Source of the DNA: Parasitella parasitica NRRL 2501
Lineage: Eukaryota; Fungi; Mucoromycota
Direction: 5' to 3'
Assembly (NCBI GenBank): GCA_025201805.1
Contig: MU619261.1
Span: 236,918-300,917, forward strand
Length of the DNA stretch: 64,000 bases
Below, piece after piece: positions 63,951 through 64,000 of the stretch. Under the pieces are notes generated by a model that was not told where the DNA came from, did not search any database, and saw only the letters and a list, made by a program, of their open reading frames with translations. The translations under genes were made by a program, and so were the position numbers. How positions within the stretch are numbered: the stretch's first letter is position 1; each line of letters starts with the position of its first letter.

Positions 63951-64000
63951 GCTAAATCAAACGAAATAAAAAAAAAGTTCCAGTTTGTATAGCACAGTTT

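Noticed and set aside
1-64000. tRNA, rRNA or snRNA genes
   Set aside because: No cloverleaf or rRNA-like sequence was recognised by eye; a tRNAscan-SE/Infernal run would be needed to exclude them.

Overview
AT-rich, intron-containing fungal genomic DNA with short (~50-70 nt) introns and a gene repertoire typical of Mucorales (Mucor/Parasitella-like; inferred, not verified). It is a draft assembly with N-gaps. About 30 protein genes can be modelled: Coq11-like SDR tail, RasGEF, USP-domain protein, Sfp1-like and Usv1-like C2H2 factors, a WOPR (Gti1/Pac2) factor, Mpv17/Sym1, an ODC-antizyme-family gene, a RecQ-derived protein, an F-box protein, two histidine phosphatases, a Ran1-like kinase, ANTH/AP180, a TLC protein, RPL11 (partial), bHLH-ZIP, a PRL phosphatase, a C2+PH protein, GH47 mannosidase, Leu5 carrier, a PSI-domain protein and a frameshifted membrane-protein gene. 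Transposon debris (Tc1/mariner, possible LINE) is also present. The main candidates for novelty are: (1) a pair of related secreted precursors at 18.2-20.7 kb with Kex2 (KR) sites that would release tandem 46-47-aa peptides built from an amphipathic GLPLVGDLLGG motif and a Lys-rich segment; (2) an antizyme-family gene that appears to need no +1 frameshift after splicing and is overlapped (AUGA) by a poly-Ser uORF ending Pro-UGA; (3) a truncated Sgs1/BLM-like pseudo-helicase that keeps its N-terminal Top3-Rmi1-binding-like helix; (4) an F-box + ZnF-UBP-like + DUSP fusion. All exon boundaries were inferred by eye from splice consensus and frame continuity.
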